In this document: positions 1-20,489 of the stretch, piece by piece
How the letters are laid out: each line of letters opens with the position of its first letter
Position numbering within the stretch: the stretch's first letter is position 1
NCBI RefSeq assembly: GCF_009914755.1
Contig: NC_060946.1
Strand: one strand, 5' to 3'
Origin: the human T2T-CHM13v2.0 reference genome, Homo sapiens
DNA length: 64,000 nucleotides
Translations under genes and position numbers: made by a program
Notes under the pieces: model-generated
Told to the model about the DNA's origin: nothing
The model's database searches: none
What the model saw: the letters and a program-made list of their open reading frames with translations, nothing else

Positions 1-5235
<5,235 letters not shown>

Positions 5236-6009
5236 AGGGTTGGTGGGGGCTGAGGTCACCAAATGAAGGGGCCCTACTTTTGCTTGAATGGGGACCCTGG
5301 GCTAAGATCTAGGTGAGCTCCAGTATATGTGAGAATTGCCTGTCTCCTGGGGAGCTCCCCAAGCCAGAGACCCCATCATTCCTGGGTTGAAAACCACTAT
5401 CCTAGGGTAAAGGACAGCAAGAGAGTCGGTGCTGGGACCATTCAGACCAATGTGGGTAACCTCTGCTGTCAGGAACCACAAGTATCCGGCTGCATCAGGC
5501 TTCTGGGAGTGACTGCAATTTGAAATCCAAAGCATCTTACTGTCTTCTTTGAAGAAATACACATGTAGGAGGCCGAATGAGGTATAAGGTTGAGGGTCCA
5601 TGACAGTGTCTCTGTGAAGAATCCAAAAGCCAGGGCAACACCAAACTGTGGTGATTCATGGTGACCCACAGCCTTACAAATCTGATTTATTCAAAGGTGT
5701 GATATAGAAAAGTTTAGGCTTATATACATAATGCACGTTTATTATAGAAAAATTTGGAAAATATAGAACACTGCTGCAAAGAAATCGCCACGTGTGCATC
5801 ACCAGCTCCATTCAGTTTCTGTTCTTCGTGTGGTTGATACTACTGTACCCTACCTGCCATTTGAGGTCCCCTGGGAAGGGCAGGCCCATTCAGGGAGGCC
5901 CAGGGCCCTGGGTGAGTTCTCAGGGCATGGGAAGCTGTGTGGCAGGTGCCCGCGTGGTGTTTGTGCCGTTGTCCATGCTGGGCAGGATGCAGACTGCAGT
6001 GTGGCTTGA

Positions 6010-6118
6010 ATCCTGCCTCACCACTTACGGGGAGGATTCAATGAATTCATGGAAGGCAGGGTCTTAGAATAGTGCCTGGCACGTGGGCAGTACTTAATAA
6101 ATGTTAGCGATGCTATTG
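6010..6118 (+). mobile_element. MIR 3' fragment
   Basis: cttagaatagtgcctggcacgtgggcagtacttaataaatgttagc resembles the MIR tail. Confidence 0.6.
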
Positions 6119-6384
6119 AGTTTTCTTCTCATGGTCACTGCTGGGTCTGCTCTGCCTTCTCCGGAACTCTTGATGTAATTTAATCAGCTCACAGCACTTC
6201 TGGGGTAAGAGCCTGCTGCGTGCCACATGCCGTCACAGGAGCCGGGAGTGCGGCCGTGACCAGGACCAGCAGGTGCTGCACACGCACACCTGACCCCATC
6301 CGCACACAAGTGGGATGGACAGTGGAGCTGTGATTCAGATGATGCAGGACCATGGTCTGGGGCAGCACCACCCAGGGCGACAGT

Positions 6385-6678
6385 GCCAGCCCGGGTGTGA
6401 TTTAAAGTGTCCCTGTAGCCGTGGTAAGGAAGTAGCAAGCAACAGGTGAGATGAGTTTTAGTAATACATTTTATTAATATAATATATAAACTATATCACC
6501 ATAACACGTTATAAATTCAGTATATAATAGATATAAAAACTGTCAATGAGATAACTTACACTCAGTTTTCTGTACTAAGCCTAGAGTGTGTTTCCTACTT
6601 AGAGCGTCTCTCAGCTGGACCACTTTTTGGGTGTCCTGTAGCTTCCGTGGCTCGAGGCTCCTGTGTTGGACGGTGCAG
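6385..6678 (+). mobile_element. MER33 (hAT-Charlie non-autonomous DNA transposon), diverged
   Basis: aacaggtgagatgagttttagtaatacattttatt ... aatgagataacttacac ... gtactaagcc ... gtggctcgaggctcctgtgttggacggtgcag follows the MER33 consensus layout. Confidence 0.75.
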
Positions 6679-6699
6679 GGGTGAAGAAGGGGCTGCTTA

Positions 6700-7420
6700 T
6701 GAAGGTGATTTGGATGGTCATTCTGATGGGGTGACAGTGAAGCGTAGACCCAAAGGATGAGAGGAGATAGCCACCTGATGATTTGGGGGCACATAACCCT
6801 CTAAGGAGGGGTGTGTGGGGATGAGCTTGGTGTGCATGTGGTCCTTCTCCAAGAAGGCCGCTGTGGCTGCAGTGAAGTGAAGGTGGAGCTTGGAGGCGAG
6901 CGAGGAGGGAGGGGAATCAGAGCTGCATCCTGCAGGCCCCTGAGGGCGGTGGAAGGAGGTCACATTCCATGCTAGTTGTGGTGGAAAGCCAGTGGAAGGT
7001 TTGAGCTGGGGCTGGCGCGATTCGACTTAGGCTTTCAGAAAGATCCCTGTGGCTTTTCTGTGGAGGTAGGAAGACCAGTTAGGAGGGTGGTGGCTGGAGT
7101 CGGTGGAGGTGGAGGAGGTGATGAGAAGTCTGGGGTTTGAGGGGGTGTATTTTAAAGCTGTGGGGAGGAGGCTTGTTGAGGGACTGGGTGTGAAGGATGA
7201 GGGAAGGAGGGCCATCAGGAGTGGCTGTTGAGGATGGGGCAACTTGGAGAGGAGCAGATTTGGGGAGAAAAGAGACGGAATTTGGCTTGGGACATGTAAA
7301 GCCTGAGGTGCCCTGAGCCATCAGTCAGGGTGTCAAGTGGGCAGCTGGACACAGGTGTGTCTGTAGTGATCTGTAGCCGAGGCAGATGCCAGGATGGGGA
7401 CGTGGGGTGTGGATGCTGGA
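6700..7420 (-). mobile_element. L2 LINE fragment
   Basis: gaaggtttgagctgggg...ttaggctttcagaaagatccctgtggcttttctgtggag and gaggagcagatttggggag...tttggcttgggacatg are typical antisense L2 segments; boundaries approximate. Confidence 0.7.
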
Positions 7421-7673
7421 GTTACATTGAGACCTGGCCTGCCCAGCATTCTTTTTCATGTGCTGATCTGCTTGGGTCAATACATTTTTAATTCTGCAAA
7501 GAAGGGTGGTGCCTGTGTTTTCCCTTAACGCAAGGCATTTGCGTGTGCAGCAGGCGTCAGTGGAGTTTTGGAGTGTCAGGGATAATGTAATAGTTATGTA
7601 ATAACTTAAAATCGATGACTAAACATCCACGTTCCCCCCAGAGAAATTCCTTTTGCCACCAGGAATTTCTTAG

Positions 7674-8193
<520 letters not shown>

Positions 8194-8248
8194 TAAACTG
8201 AATTGTTTTAAATAAAAATTGCCCTCACATATTGCATATGTAATATGA

Positions 8249-8599
<351 letters not shown>

Positions 8600-9149
8600 G
8601 GTGGTCTTCTTTTAACGCTAAACTGTGGCCCTTTGTGTGACTGGATGTTCTTCTGCAAGCCGACATTCGGTACCAATGTGGGGTTCCATTGTTTGGCTGG
8701 GCCACACTTTCCTGGCCGCCCCTGTTCTCCATTTGTTTCTTCCAAGTTTTTCCCATTAAACACTGCCTCAGATATCTTAGTACTCACATCTTAGCTCTCA
8801 TCTCTGGTTATTTTCTTGGGATAATTACTCAATGTAAAATTATTGTTTCCAAAGATATGCCTATTTTTAAGACTTGATCAAGTTTTCTTTTTTCACATCT
8901 TATGGGCCATCTGTGTTTCTGCTGTCAATTTCCTGAGCGGATTTTTCGCTGATGGTTTTGTCTTGTCCTAGTGTGTTTGGGAGAGGGCTTTTCGTGTCCT
9001 GGTGTCCTGGAAGGTGGATGGGATGCAGGTGGAGCTTGGGCACCCAGGGCTCCTGTGAGGCTCAGCAGGGCCAGCCTGGGTGGAAGCGAGGTCCCGGAGA
9101 CTGTCCCGGAGCTTGCTTGAGTGCTATGGTCCTACAAAGTGAAGTGTTG

Positions 9150-9245
9150 TACCCATTTTAGAGATGAGGACATGAGTTTCAGAGGGGTGACTGGACAATC
9201 CCATAGCACCCACGCAGCAGAGTCAGGATTTGAACCTGGGCAGAC
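9150..9245 (-). mobile_element. MIR core fragment
   Basis: cccattttagagatgagga...gcagagtcaggatttgaacctgggcag. Confidence 0.75.
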
Positions 9246-11324
9246 GCTTGCCCCATCCAGAGTGAAACTTGTGGACGCTGTGCAGGACGGTTCCTGGCTT
9301 GCAGTCAGCACTCAGATAGCTGTTGAATGAATACACGAAAACGTAAATCTGGTTTTAGTTTCCGTTTTTTTTTTTTTGAAAGACAGATTAGCTCACTGTA
9401 AAATCTGTTTTTCTTCCTTTGCCAGGAAGCCATCAACAGAGACTCTTTCCTCTATCCTGTTGTAGAGTTGATTGACAGGGTTCTTTGTGCCTGGAAAGCA
9501 AATTATGTTAAAATTATCTTCACGACCTATTTATAAGTGCCACGATTCCTCAGCACTCTTTGGTTATAATCTGTGTCCTCAGGTGAGTGGGGTCTCCCGG
9601 GTCCCATGGCGCCCCCTGCCTGTTCAGGTCAGGCTTCTAACTTACCTTGGAGAGTGCTCTGCCCGCCGTCACCACGCGATGGTGTTGTGACCTCACGTGG
9701 GGCAAGTCATGCAGGCCGAGTCGGCGTTCCTGAGCTCCCATGCAGCGAATGCATCACCTCGGGAGAAAACTGTGTTCAATGTCCTCTTAATGACGTTGGC
9801 ATTTTCACCATCGGTGCAGCTTGTGTTTCTAAAACATGACTACCTCACCCACATTGCCTATCCCTAAGGCATTTCAGCCACCCAGAGCCCCTTCGGAATC
9901 TGCTTTCCTTTCTCACGGACTTACCTTTTGAACATGCGTGTACCAAATGGTATTTTATAAGTCGTAGTCTTCTCGTATCAAAACGAGTCCTGGCCGCCAG
10001 CAGAACGTCTGATCAGCCTAGGTGATCGGCCTGCCCAGAGAGAGCTGCTGTCATTTCCACTTGAGGATGCGTGTGGGCTTGGTCACTTTGTGCAGCCTGG
10101 TGGTGTGAGTGAGGTCTCAGCCTTAGGTGGGCTTCTGAAGGGTGACCTATGACTCCTCTCTTCTCTGAGAGTACCTGGGTGGAGCGTACTGGGGTCCCAG
10201 GATGATGGATGATGGGCCACTTTCTACTGGGGCGGGCAGTGAAGACTTCATCTGGAGGTGCTTGTCTTATCCGCAGGGACTGTCTGTCTCAACCACGTGA
10301 GCAGCGTTAAGGCCGCTCTGCAGCTCTTTGTGCGGATATATGGCATGGGTGCTCCCCTTTGTGCTCCCCACCCTAACACAATCTCAAGTGTTGTTAGGCC
10401 TGTGCGTCGTGCAGTGTAATTTCCCCACAAGGTGTCACTGCAGATTATTCCCAGGACTTTCACGCCCCAGGGACTTCCGTGTGCCATTGACTAAGATTAG
10501 AAGCATCTTGAGGCCAGGGGGCTGCTCCACACTCCCGTGCCTTCCAACACAGCAGAGGTTCTGGTGCAGCGTCAGGACTCCAGTGGGATTTTTCTTTTGT
10601 ATTTGAGAGAATGGATGGAGGTGGGATACATTTGCTCAGCATGATTTCTCACCCACGGATTAATAAATATATGTAAGTGTGATAAAGTTAAAAAATGGAG
10701 GCCTCATAATTCTGCAGGAAGAAAGACAAAGGAATTAAAGATTGAAAAGGCAAGAAGCCTTTGAAGCAGCCTGTTGTCCTCTTAGTTGTTCACATTCTGG
10801 TTCTAACAACATGTCCACTTGAAGAACTACCTGGGCCACTGCGAGATGTTTGTCACTGTGAGATGTTTGTCTGTTGCATTTCTCTACCCACTCCCACGGC
10901 CTGTCCTGGAGTTCACACTCTCCCTGTCTCTGGCCTGGGCCGCTTTGGGAGTCTCCCGTCTGGCCCAAGGGCGTCCAGCTTACCTCTTCCTGCCCGTCTC
11001 CCACAGGAGATCTTGTTAGAGGCCAGTCTGCTTACCTGAGCTTCTGCTTTCAGATCCTTGGTTAGCCTCCTGCATGGAGCTCAGAGTCCAGACTCCTCAG
11101 CCTGGGACAGGAGGCCACACCTCTCACCACCTCCCACTTAGGCCTTCTCCCACCCTCCTGTCTCTGTTTGGACTGTTCTCTGCCACCCACTGTCACTCTA
11201 GCCACATGGGCTCATCTCTGCTCTTCAGGTGAGCTGTGCACATGTGCACACACAGATACACGCCCTCACGTTGAGCGCTCATTTCCTTTGTGCCTGGTGC
11301 TGTTCTTAGTACCTCATGGGTCTT

Positions 11325-11460
11325 ATTTCATACTTGAAACGACCTACATGGCAGGTTCTATATTGTCTGTTTCAGATGAGCTAGAGGCACTGATACAGTA
11401 AACAAAGTCCTTAAGGTCACACACTCTCCAATGTCACAGGTCTGGGATGAGAGCCCAGAT
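11325..11460 (-). mobile_element. MIR fragment (flanked by probable L2 pieces ~11040-11760)
   Basis: tttcagatgagctagaggcactga...ccttaaggtcacac. Confidence 0.6.
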
Positions 11461-13699
11461 GTGTCCCCCACCCCCTCCACATTTCTGCTGGTGGTCAGGG
11501 GTGGGGGTTTCCCTGCTTCGCTTCTGTGCATTCTCCAAGTGTCGGATCAAATAGCACCTCCTCTTTGTGGCTCTTTTTTCTTTGACTCTTCTCTCTGTCC
11601 TTACAAAATTAATTGTGCAGTAATCAAACGCATTGTTTCATAGTTACTTGTGGCCTGGGCTGTGAGCCCTCAGGGTAGGGGTGCATCTTATTCATCTTCA
11701 GGTTCCGTGGTTCAGGGCACATATTACGTAGGTACCTGGTGAAATTAGGTAATGTTTGGGATGTCTTGAAAATGTATGTTGTGGAACTCACCCCCTTCAT
11801 GGCCTGGTGAGTAGGGGTTTGTGAGGGATGGTCCTGTTGTTGCTTCTCTCTTCCTGTGCTCCCTGATGCTCCTGAAGTCACCTCTGCTTTTGCTGCTGAT
11901 TAGAGACAGAACTCTTCTAACCGACTTACTAGCACGGAGAGAATACATCTGCTTCACATTGCTGCCAAGTTAATACTGCATCTGGGAAGGCCAGAGAAAA
12001 ACCAAGTTAAGAGAATCTTACTGCATAATTTATGAAAGACTGAGTCATAAAATAAGCATTTACAGTGGCCTGTTTGCCCAAGGTAGGGAATGCTAATGCA
12101 GCTATTATTCATCCCGATGGGGCCAGCGGCGTTTCTATGCCTCCAAAAGGTCTTCTGGCTCTTAGTTGCCTCCATGGATTTCTGAGGTTATCTCTAGCCT
12201 TTGTTTCCAAAATTGGCTCTTTTCCTGTTTGGGGGCCGGAGGTTTGGAGTTCAGTGCCGCGTGAAACAATTTTGTAGGAACTGTGTGTGTTGATATTTCT
12301 AAACAATGGAGGTCGTAAAGAAAAAAATCCCAAGACACCAGATTCAGTGCCAGCTCAGTACTAGGCACCATGAAAGGAGCAGGGGTACACAGGGAAATGA
12401 GACTGGCTTTGTTCCCAAGGCGCTGTGCTCGGCGAGAGACAGAATGTCTGCCTGGTGCTGTGAGCGCAGAGCCCTGGGTGGGGAAAGGATCTGAAGTGGA
12501 GACATTTCCCAGTTGCTGATGGTACAGCAGGGCTGGAAGGGTGTGGAGCTGGGCATAGGTATTGTGGGCATCAGGCGTGCCGCACCCAAGGCGGGAATGC
12601 ATGGGGACGCTGAGGCGAGTGACTGGAGGCAGGCTGGCATGGTGGATGGTCTGCTTTCTGAAGGCTTGTGGTTGCCAGGCCTGAGAGTGACTGCTCATCG
12701 TATGTGACTTCTCTCCACTCACACTACTTCCCATCACCCTTCGAGCCCCTGGAGGGTAGGGCCCTATTCTCAATAAATGACAGATCAGTGATTGCAGTGT
12801 TTCCAGCAGCCCTCAGATCTCCCAGGGCTAGAAATCGCAGGGCGTCATGTTGCATGTAGGCTGCAAGCTGTGAGCAGCTCTGTGTGTGTCCTCATTCCAG
12901 CCCTGGCTGGAAAGTGCAGTCTGTCTGGGACCGCTCCCATGGCACAGAGCAGAAGCAAAGGGCTGGTGGAAGGTCCCAGTGCCTCTTTGAGCTTTGCCAG
13001 GACAGTGTGTGTCACATCACTTTCCGTGGGCCAGCTGATGGCACAAGGCCAAGCCCAACATCAATGGGCAGGAATGTATAATCCTTTTACAGGGAAGTGA
13101 ATCTTCAAGAACAGTGATACAGGCTGCTACTCAGAGCACTTGAAGGATTTGAATCTGGGAAGTAATGTGATCCTATTTATAATTTTTAGAAAGTTCATTC
13201 TGGTGCAAGTGGCCTGGAAAAGTGCAGATAGATTCAGGGTCAGCGTAGGTGGGAAATACATTTATAGCTGCCTGTGCCGAGCGGGCTCTGGGCAGAGGGT
13301 CAAGCTGTTGGAGTGGGGATGCTGAAGAAAGAAAAGCTTTAAGAGGTATCTCCGAGGAAGATGGAGTCAGAGAATCTAGTGACTGGTGGTGTGAGGGAGC
13401 CTCAGGGTCCCAGTGAGTCATGCTGGGCATTGGAGTCACGGTGGATGACAGTGACCTCATCTAAGAGGACACGAGAGGAAGAGCAGATTGGGCAGGCCGA
13501 AGGCATTTGATGTTGGCCACTGGGTCCTGGCACCATGAGAATGGAGGTGTTGGTGGACGAAATCACCCAGTGGGCTCTTGTCAGGCAGGAGCAGAGAGCA
13601 TGGACAGAGCCCACCCCTGACATTTCCATAGGAGGGAGGATGCTGACGTGGAGGACCTCCTGTGTGTCTGACATTGTTGCAGGAGTCTCTGTAGAGTCT

Positions 13700-13835
13700 C
13701 CTGTTGGATTTCCAGCAACTCTCCAGAGTAGATTCTCTTTACCACTGTTTCGTTTAACGGTTGTGGGAACCGAGGCCCACAGAGGTCAAGATACCTGCTC
13801 CAAGGTCATCCAGCAGATGAGCCTGAACCTGCAGT
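13700..13835 (-). mobile_element. MIR fragment (preceded by probable antisense L2 ~13300-13640)
   Basis: ggaaccgaggcccacagaggtcaagatacctgctccaaggtcatccagc. Confidence 0.65.
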
Positions 13836-14787
13836 AACTCCCGGACTCGGAGCACAAGCACGTGGCTTGTGTGTTCCTTCTCAAGTAGGACCACTCCTGG
13901 TGTCCTTTGGTTCAAGATCATATCTAGTATATAATGAAATTTTGTTTTATGCAGTTTTTCAAGTGAGTTCACACCCATGGTCTGATTGAAAAAGTAATTA
14001 GTATTCCTATTAGAGCTTACCAAACAATCCCCTGATACGTGAGCATCCACAGAGGAACAGAGCAGCACTGTGTTTGTGATCTTTGATTTATAGCTGCCTG
14101 TGCCCAGCGGGCTCTGGCAGAAGGCTATAAATAAAATTAAAATAAATGGAAACAATGCACCTATAAATTGGGTTGCAGGAACCTCCAATTACCTTTTAGA
14201 GGAAATCCCCAATAAAATGCTGTTTGGCAATCCGTTTGAAAGAGAAGGAGCGATAGATCATCGTGGCGAAGTCAGGAAAGTGAAGGACAGGATACAATGT
14301 TGGAATGTTTCAAATATTAAAATTAGCTGATTCCAGTGAATTGCTGTTTGGTGTTATCAATGTTGGAAGGTCCTTTCCCCCCTCATTATTATTGTATCTT
14401 TCCAAGTGGGATAAAAGCCATCAGTTGCAAGTGCAGGATTTTAGGGAGGCAAGTCAGTATTTCTCTTATTCCTTTTGTTTTTTGAGTCAACTTCTCGGCT
14501 TCATGTTCTGGAAAATGGTGGGGGCCCAGCAAGAGGCTGGGTTTGGGCAGGATGTCTGGCCTGATTTTGCCCTTGTATCTGAGAGACAGTCCATGCATCA
14601 TGGCAGGGAAGGGCCAAACTGGAGACCAGGTGGCCATGGGGCAGATCCAGAGCGGGAGCTGTGGGCCTGTGTGTGGGGAAGTCACGTTGTCTCTCTTTAG
14701 AAATCTTGTTATGCCCTTCTTAATTGTGTCCCAGAAAGTTATGATTTATGGAAAAGAGTACGTTTTCTTTTAAAATATGTTGGCTGG

Positions 14788-15208
<421 letters not shown>

Positions 15209-18200
15209 TCATTGGCCAGCGACATTCTCACTGGTCAGACTTTGGCCAGCAGGCACTGGAATGCGCTTTCTGTCACCTGGCTTCCACTTGGCTCTGTGGA
15301 ATGTGAGGAAGAAGGGATAGAACAGGGACAGGGAAGGGCGGATGGTGTCCATCCCCAGCTAAGCTGCATGGGGATTCCTCTTGGAGACTGAACATGAGTG
15401 TCAGCAGAAGCCTGTAGAGCACAAAGCATGTATGCATTCTGAGGCCCTGTCCGCCTGGGCAGCTCCAGGAAGAGGCAAGGTTAGATCTCTCCTGACTAGG
15501 AGGCCCAGCCTCAATTAAAGCTGTGATTTGAAACTTTCAGGTTAGTGGGAAGATACATATGAGTTAATCTCTTTCTATTTAAGTCTTAATTTTATATATG
15601 TGATGACTAGGCAGTGTTTAGAATCTTTGTTTGCTGTGTGTCAATGCACTAATGTGACTTTTAACTTATTGGACCATACTTATAGGAAGCTTAAGTTGTT
15701 TGGACTGAAGGTTATAGCTCAGGCCCTATTATAAACCTACTTGAATTGTAGGTGGGGGATGCTCAATTAGACCAGCTCATGGTAACTGCTAAGCTACCTG
15801 TCACCACTTGAGGGCCTTTCAAGATCGGCAGTTAGAAACCAGCATGGCCGGCCGGCTCCTTGCATTGCAGGCACAGTGGCTTCTCCTGAGTCCCACGGCA
15901 CATTCTTCTACTGGGCTCAAGCTGCCTTGCCTGAAGGGCTTTGTGCTACTGTCCCTGTCCTTAAGGTCTTCATGACTCGTGGGGGTGATAAGACTCAAGC
16001 CAGCAACTGAGAAAGGACGAATATTCAAAGGAAGGGAGGAACACATCTGGCTGGAGTGATCAGGAACATTTTTAAAGGAGAAGGTGACAACTGAGCAGAG
16101 GAGCTTGGTCTTGAAGAAATGGAGAGATGGGATAATATTCCAGAAGAAGCAATGGAGTAAAGTTGTGAAGGTGGTTCCAGAGCAGTGAAAGGTCTAGTTT
16201 CCCTGGAGCCTTGTCTTTGGGTAAAACTGCAACTGCATGCCAGCCTACTGATACCTGAGTGCTGATAAACAAAGGCGTTTTTGTGGGTTGAAGCAACCAT
16301 AGGCCAGGGTGCAAGGACTTGTCAGGAGAGAGGAATTGGGTTTTTGTTCCCATTTGGTCTCTCTGCCAGATGCCTTAACATTTTAAAAGTCTTTTCTTTC
16401 CATTTTCTTTTTCTTTTTTTCTAGAATTCTTATTCTTCTCAACACTTTTATTCGTAGCATTTTCTTATTTAAATTGTATTTGGACCCTCTATATCCCTAG
16501 CCTCTGAAGTAGACTCAACCCCAGCCAAAAGGAGCAGGTGCAAAGCTCAAATCCTGATTAAGAGGAATGAATACAGACTGCTGGGTTGACTAAAATAGGG
16601 AAGAGACTCAAGGGTATAAGGAAATACCAGAATAAAAAAGCACACTGTGGCAAATGATGTCAGAAAGATGGTGAAATAGGAGTTTTCAGCCCTCATCCCC
16701 CCCAGCAGTAATACTGATTTTGACAAATGCCCACAGGTGAGAGTACCCCTGTGGAGCACAGGAGTACAAGTGCAGAGGTCTTAGCAGTCTTGTTGGAGAA
16801 AATCACTCAAGAATAGACACACTGAAGAGGGTAAGAAGAAGAGTTTCACTTATCCATAACACCCCTCCCTGAAGGCAGCATAGCTCAGTGCCAACTCCCT
16901 TGGTTCTTGATTTCTCTCAAAAGGGAAGGTGAGAGCATAGTGAACACCCAGTGACCCCAGCCATGTGGGATGCTCTCCAGCAGGCCCACTCCTTTCTCAT
17001 CCCTTTCAGAACACTGAGTGGATCAGCATGACTGAATAGTTTGGGAGCAACTAAGAGCAAGGAAAAGGGGCTGGGACTGTCAGTAGTCAGGGCATGGAAC
17101 TCAACAAAGGGCTACAGTTTCTACTAACTGCCTTGTGGACTTCACTAAGAGGCTAGTCCACAAATTTCATAGGATCTGTTTGCTGCAGACACCCCCACCT
17201 AGCCCACATATGCCTCCAGCATTCTGTATGCCTCCCTTCCTTGGCAGCTGGCACAACTGCACCCCTGTAGACAGCACGTGAGCCTCTGCAGATTGTGTAC
17301 AAGCAGACACAGACAGCTGGCTTGACTTTCCTATATTGAGAGAAAGAACTTAACCTTAGACACTTCTGAGCACTGCCCTAAGGAAAAATAAATGGAAGCT
17401 TCGTGACACCTGGCCTGGCTTTGTGGGATTGAGATAAGGTATAGAATCCTAAGACTTACCCCCAAATAGGGAACAAGAGGAGTGGAGTGGGTACATTAAT
17501 AGGAAAGGTCTGAGAGGCTCCCAGAATTCCTAGTCAGGCTGATTGGAAGATCTTTCTCTTCTGAAGCCAGTCAGTAAAGACTGGGGAAAGTGACTGTTAC
17601 TTCAAATGCAAAGACAGCAATGCAAGACTTAACATGAAAAGTCAGGGAAACATGACCTGACGAAAAGAACATTATAACTTTTCAGTAACTGATCCCAAAC
17701 AGATGGAGATCTACAAATTTCCTGACAAAGAATTTAAGACAATTGAGAAAACAGACAACTCAACAAAATCAGGTAAATAATATATGAACAAAAATGGGAA
17801 GTTCAACAAAGAGAGAAATCATAAAAAAGAACCAAACAAATTCTGGAGCTGAAGAATACAAAGACTGAACTATGAAATGCAATTGAGAGCTTTAACAACA
17901 GACTCTAACAAGCCGAAGAATCAGTAGGCTCAAAGACAGGTCATTTGAAATTACCCAATTAGAAAATAAAAAAGCATGAGAAAGAGAGAAGAAAGTCTGT
18001 AGGATTTATGGAACAACATTAAGCAAAGCCATATACGCATTATGTGAATTTCAGAGGGAGAAAAGAGAGAAAGGGGCAGAAAGCTTCTTTAAAGAAATAA
18101 GAACAAAAAATGTCTTAAATCTGGGGAGAGAAATAGCCAGACTCAAGAAGCCCATGGGACCCCAAACAGATTGAATGTGAAAAAGTCTATACTGAAACAC

Positions 18201-19159
18201 AATATAATTAAACTGTCAAAAGTCAAAGACAAACAGAATTTGGAAAGCAGCAACAGAAAAGCAACTTGTCATATACAAGAGAATGTCCTAAGACTATCAA
18301 TGGATTTCTCAACATAAACTTTGTATGTCAGGAGTGAATGGGCTGATATATTCAAAGTAATGCAAGGAAAAAAAAAACCTGCCGACTAAGAATACAATAC
18401 CCAGCAAAGCTGTCCTAATGAGGGCAAGAGTTTCCCAGACGAAAGTGGTGGAGATTCATTACTGCTAGACCTGCTTTAAAAGAACTATGAAAGGGAGTTA
18501 AATTTGAAATGAAAGGATGTTAATTAGTAACATGAAAACCTATGAAAGTATAATACTCACTGGCAAAAGTAAGTATGTAGTCAAATTCAGAATACCTCAA
18601 TATTGTAATGATGGTGTGTAAATCACAGTTAACGCCAGTATAAAAGTTAAACACCAAAAATATTAAAATAACTGTAGCTACAACATTTAGTTAATGGATA
18701 TACAAAGATGTAAATTAATTATGGTATCAATAGCAAAATGTGCATGTGTGTATTTGTAAGAGAGAGAACTAAAAGTATAAAGTTTTTGTGTGCGATTGAT
18801 GTTAAGTTGTTATCAGCCTAAAATAGATGGTTAGCACTATGCATTTTGTAACACTATTCTAAGCCTCATGGTAACCACAAAGAAAAAACATACAGTCGAT
18901 ATGGAAAATATAAAGAGAAAAGAATCAAAGCATGCTATTACAAAAAAAAAATCATCACAACAGAAGACGGCAAGAGAGGAGGAAAGAAACAAAAGAGCTA
19001 TAAAACAATTGCAAAACAACAACCTGGCCATAGTTAAGTCCTTACCAATCGGTAATTACTTTAAGTGTAAATGGATTAAATTATCCAATCAGAAGACAAA
19101 GAGTGACTGAATAGATTAAAAAAACAAGATCCAACAATATACTGCCTATAAGTGACTCA

Positions 19160-19557
<398 letters not shown>

Positions 19558-20200
19558 GTGTCACAAGAGACAAGGGCATTGTATAATGATGAAGGGGTCA
19601 GTTCATCAAGAAGATATAACAATTGTGAATATATGTGTATCCAACATTGGAGAACCTCAATATATAAAGCATATATTAACAGAATTTAAGGAAGAAATAG
19701 CAATACAATAATAATAAGGGATTTCAGTACTGCACTTTCAAAAATGGATCAATCATCCAGACAGAAAATCAGTAAGGAAACAGCAGACTTGAATAACAAT
19801 ATGGACCAAATGGACCTAACAAGATATAGACAGACCATTCCATCCAACAGCTGTAGAATGCACATTCTTCTCAAGTCATAAGGAGCATTCTCCAGATTAG
19901 ATCATTTATTGGACCACAAAACAAGTCTTAACAAATTTAAGAGGATTGAAATAATATCAAGAATCTTGATATCACACAATGGTGTGATACTAGAAATAAA
20001 AGGAAGAAAGTTCACAAATACGTGAACAAGACACCCCTAAACTACCAGTGGGTCAAAGAGGAAATTAAAGGGAAATAAAAAGAAATCTTGAGGCAAATGA
20101 AAATGGAAATACAGCATACCAACACTTCTCAGATACAGCAAAAGTAGTTTTAAGAGGAAAGTTTATAGTGATAAGTGCCTTGTTAAGAAAAAAGATTGCA

Positions 20201-20489
20201 GGCAGGGCTCAGTGGCTCACGCCTGTAATCCCAGCACTTTGGGAGGTCGAGGCAGTGGATCACGAGGTCAGGAGTTCAAGACCAGCCTGGCCAAGATGGT
20301 GAAACCCCATCTTTATTAAAAATACAAAAATTAGCCAGGTGTGGTGTTGGGTGCCTGTAATCCCACCTACTCGGGAGGCTGAGGCAGAGAATTGCTTGAA
20401 CCTGGGAGGCGGAGGTTGCAGTGAGCCAAGATTGCGCCACTGCACTCTAGCCTGGGAGATAGAGTGAGACTCCGTCTCAAGAAAAAAAA
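20201..20489 (+). mobile_element. Alu (AluSg-like), nested in L1MA
   Basis: ggatcacgaggtcaggagttcaagaccagcctggccaagatgg; A-rich...ttgca repeated on both flanks. Confidence 0.95.
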
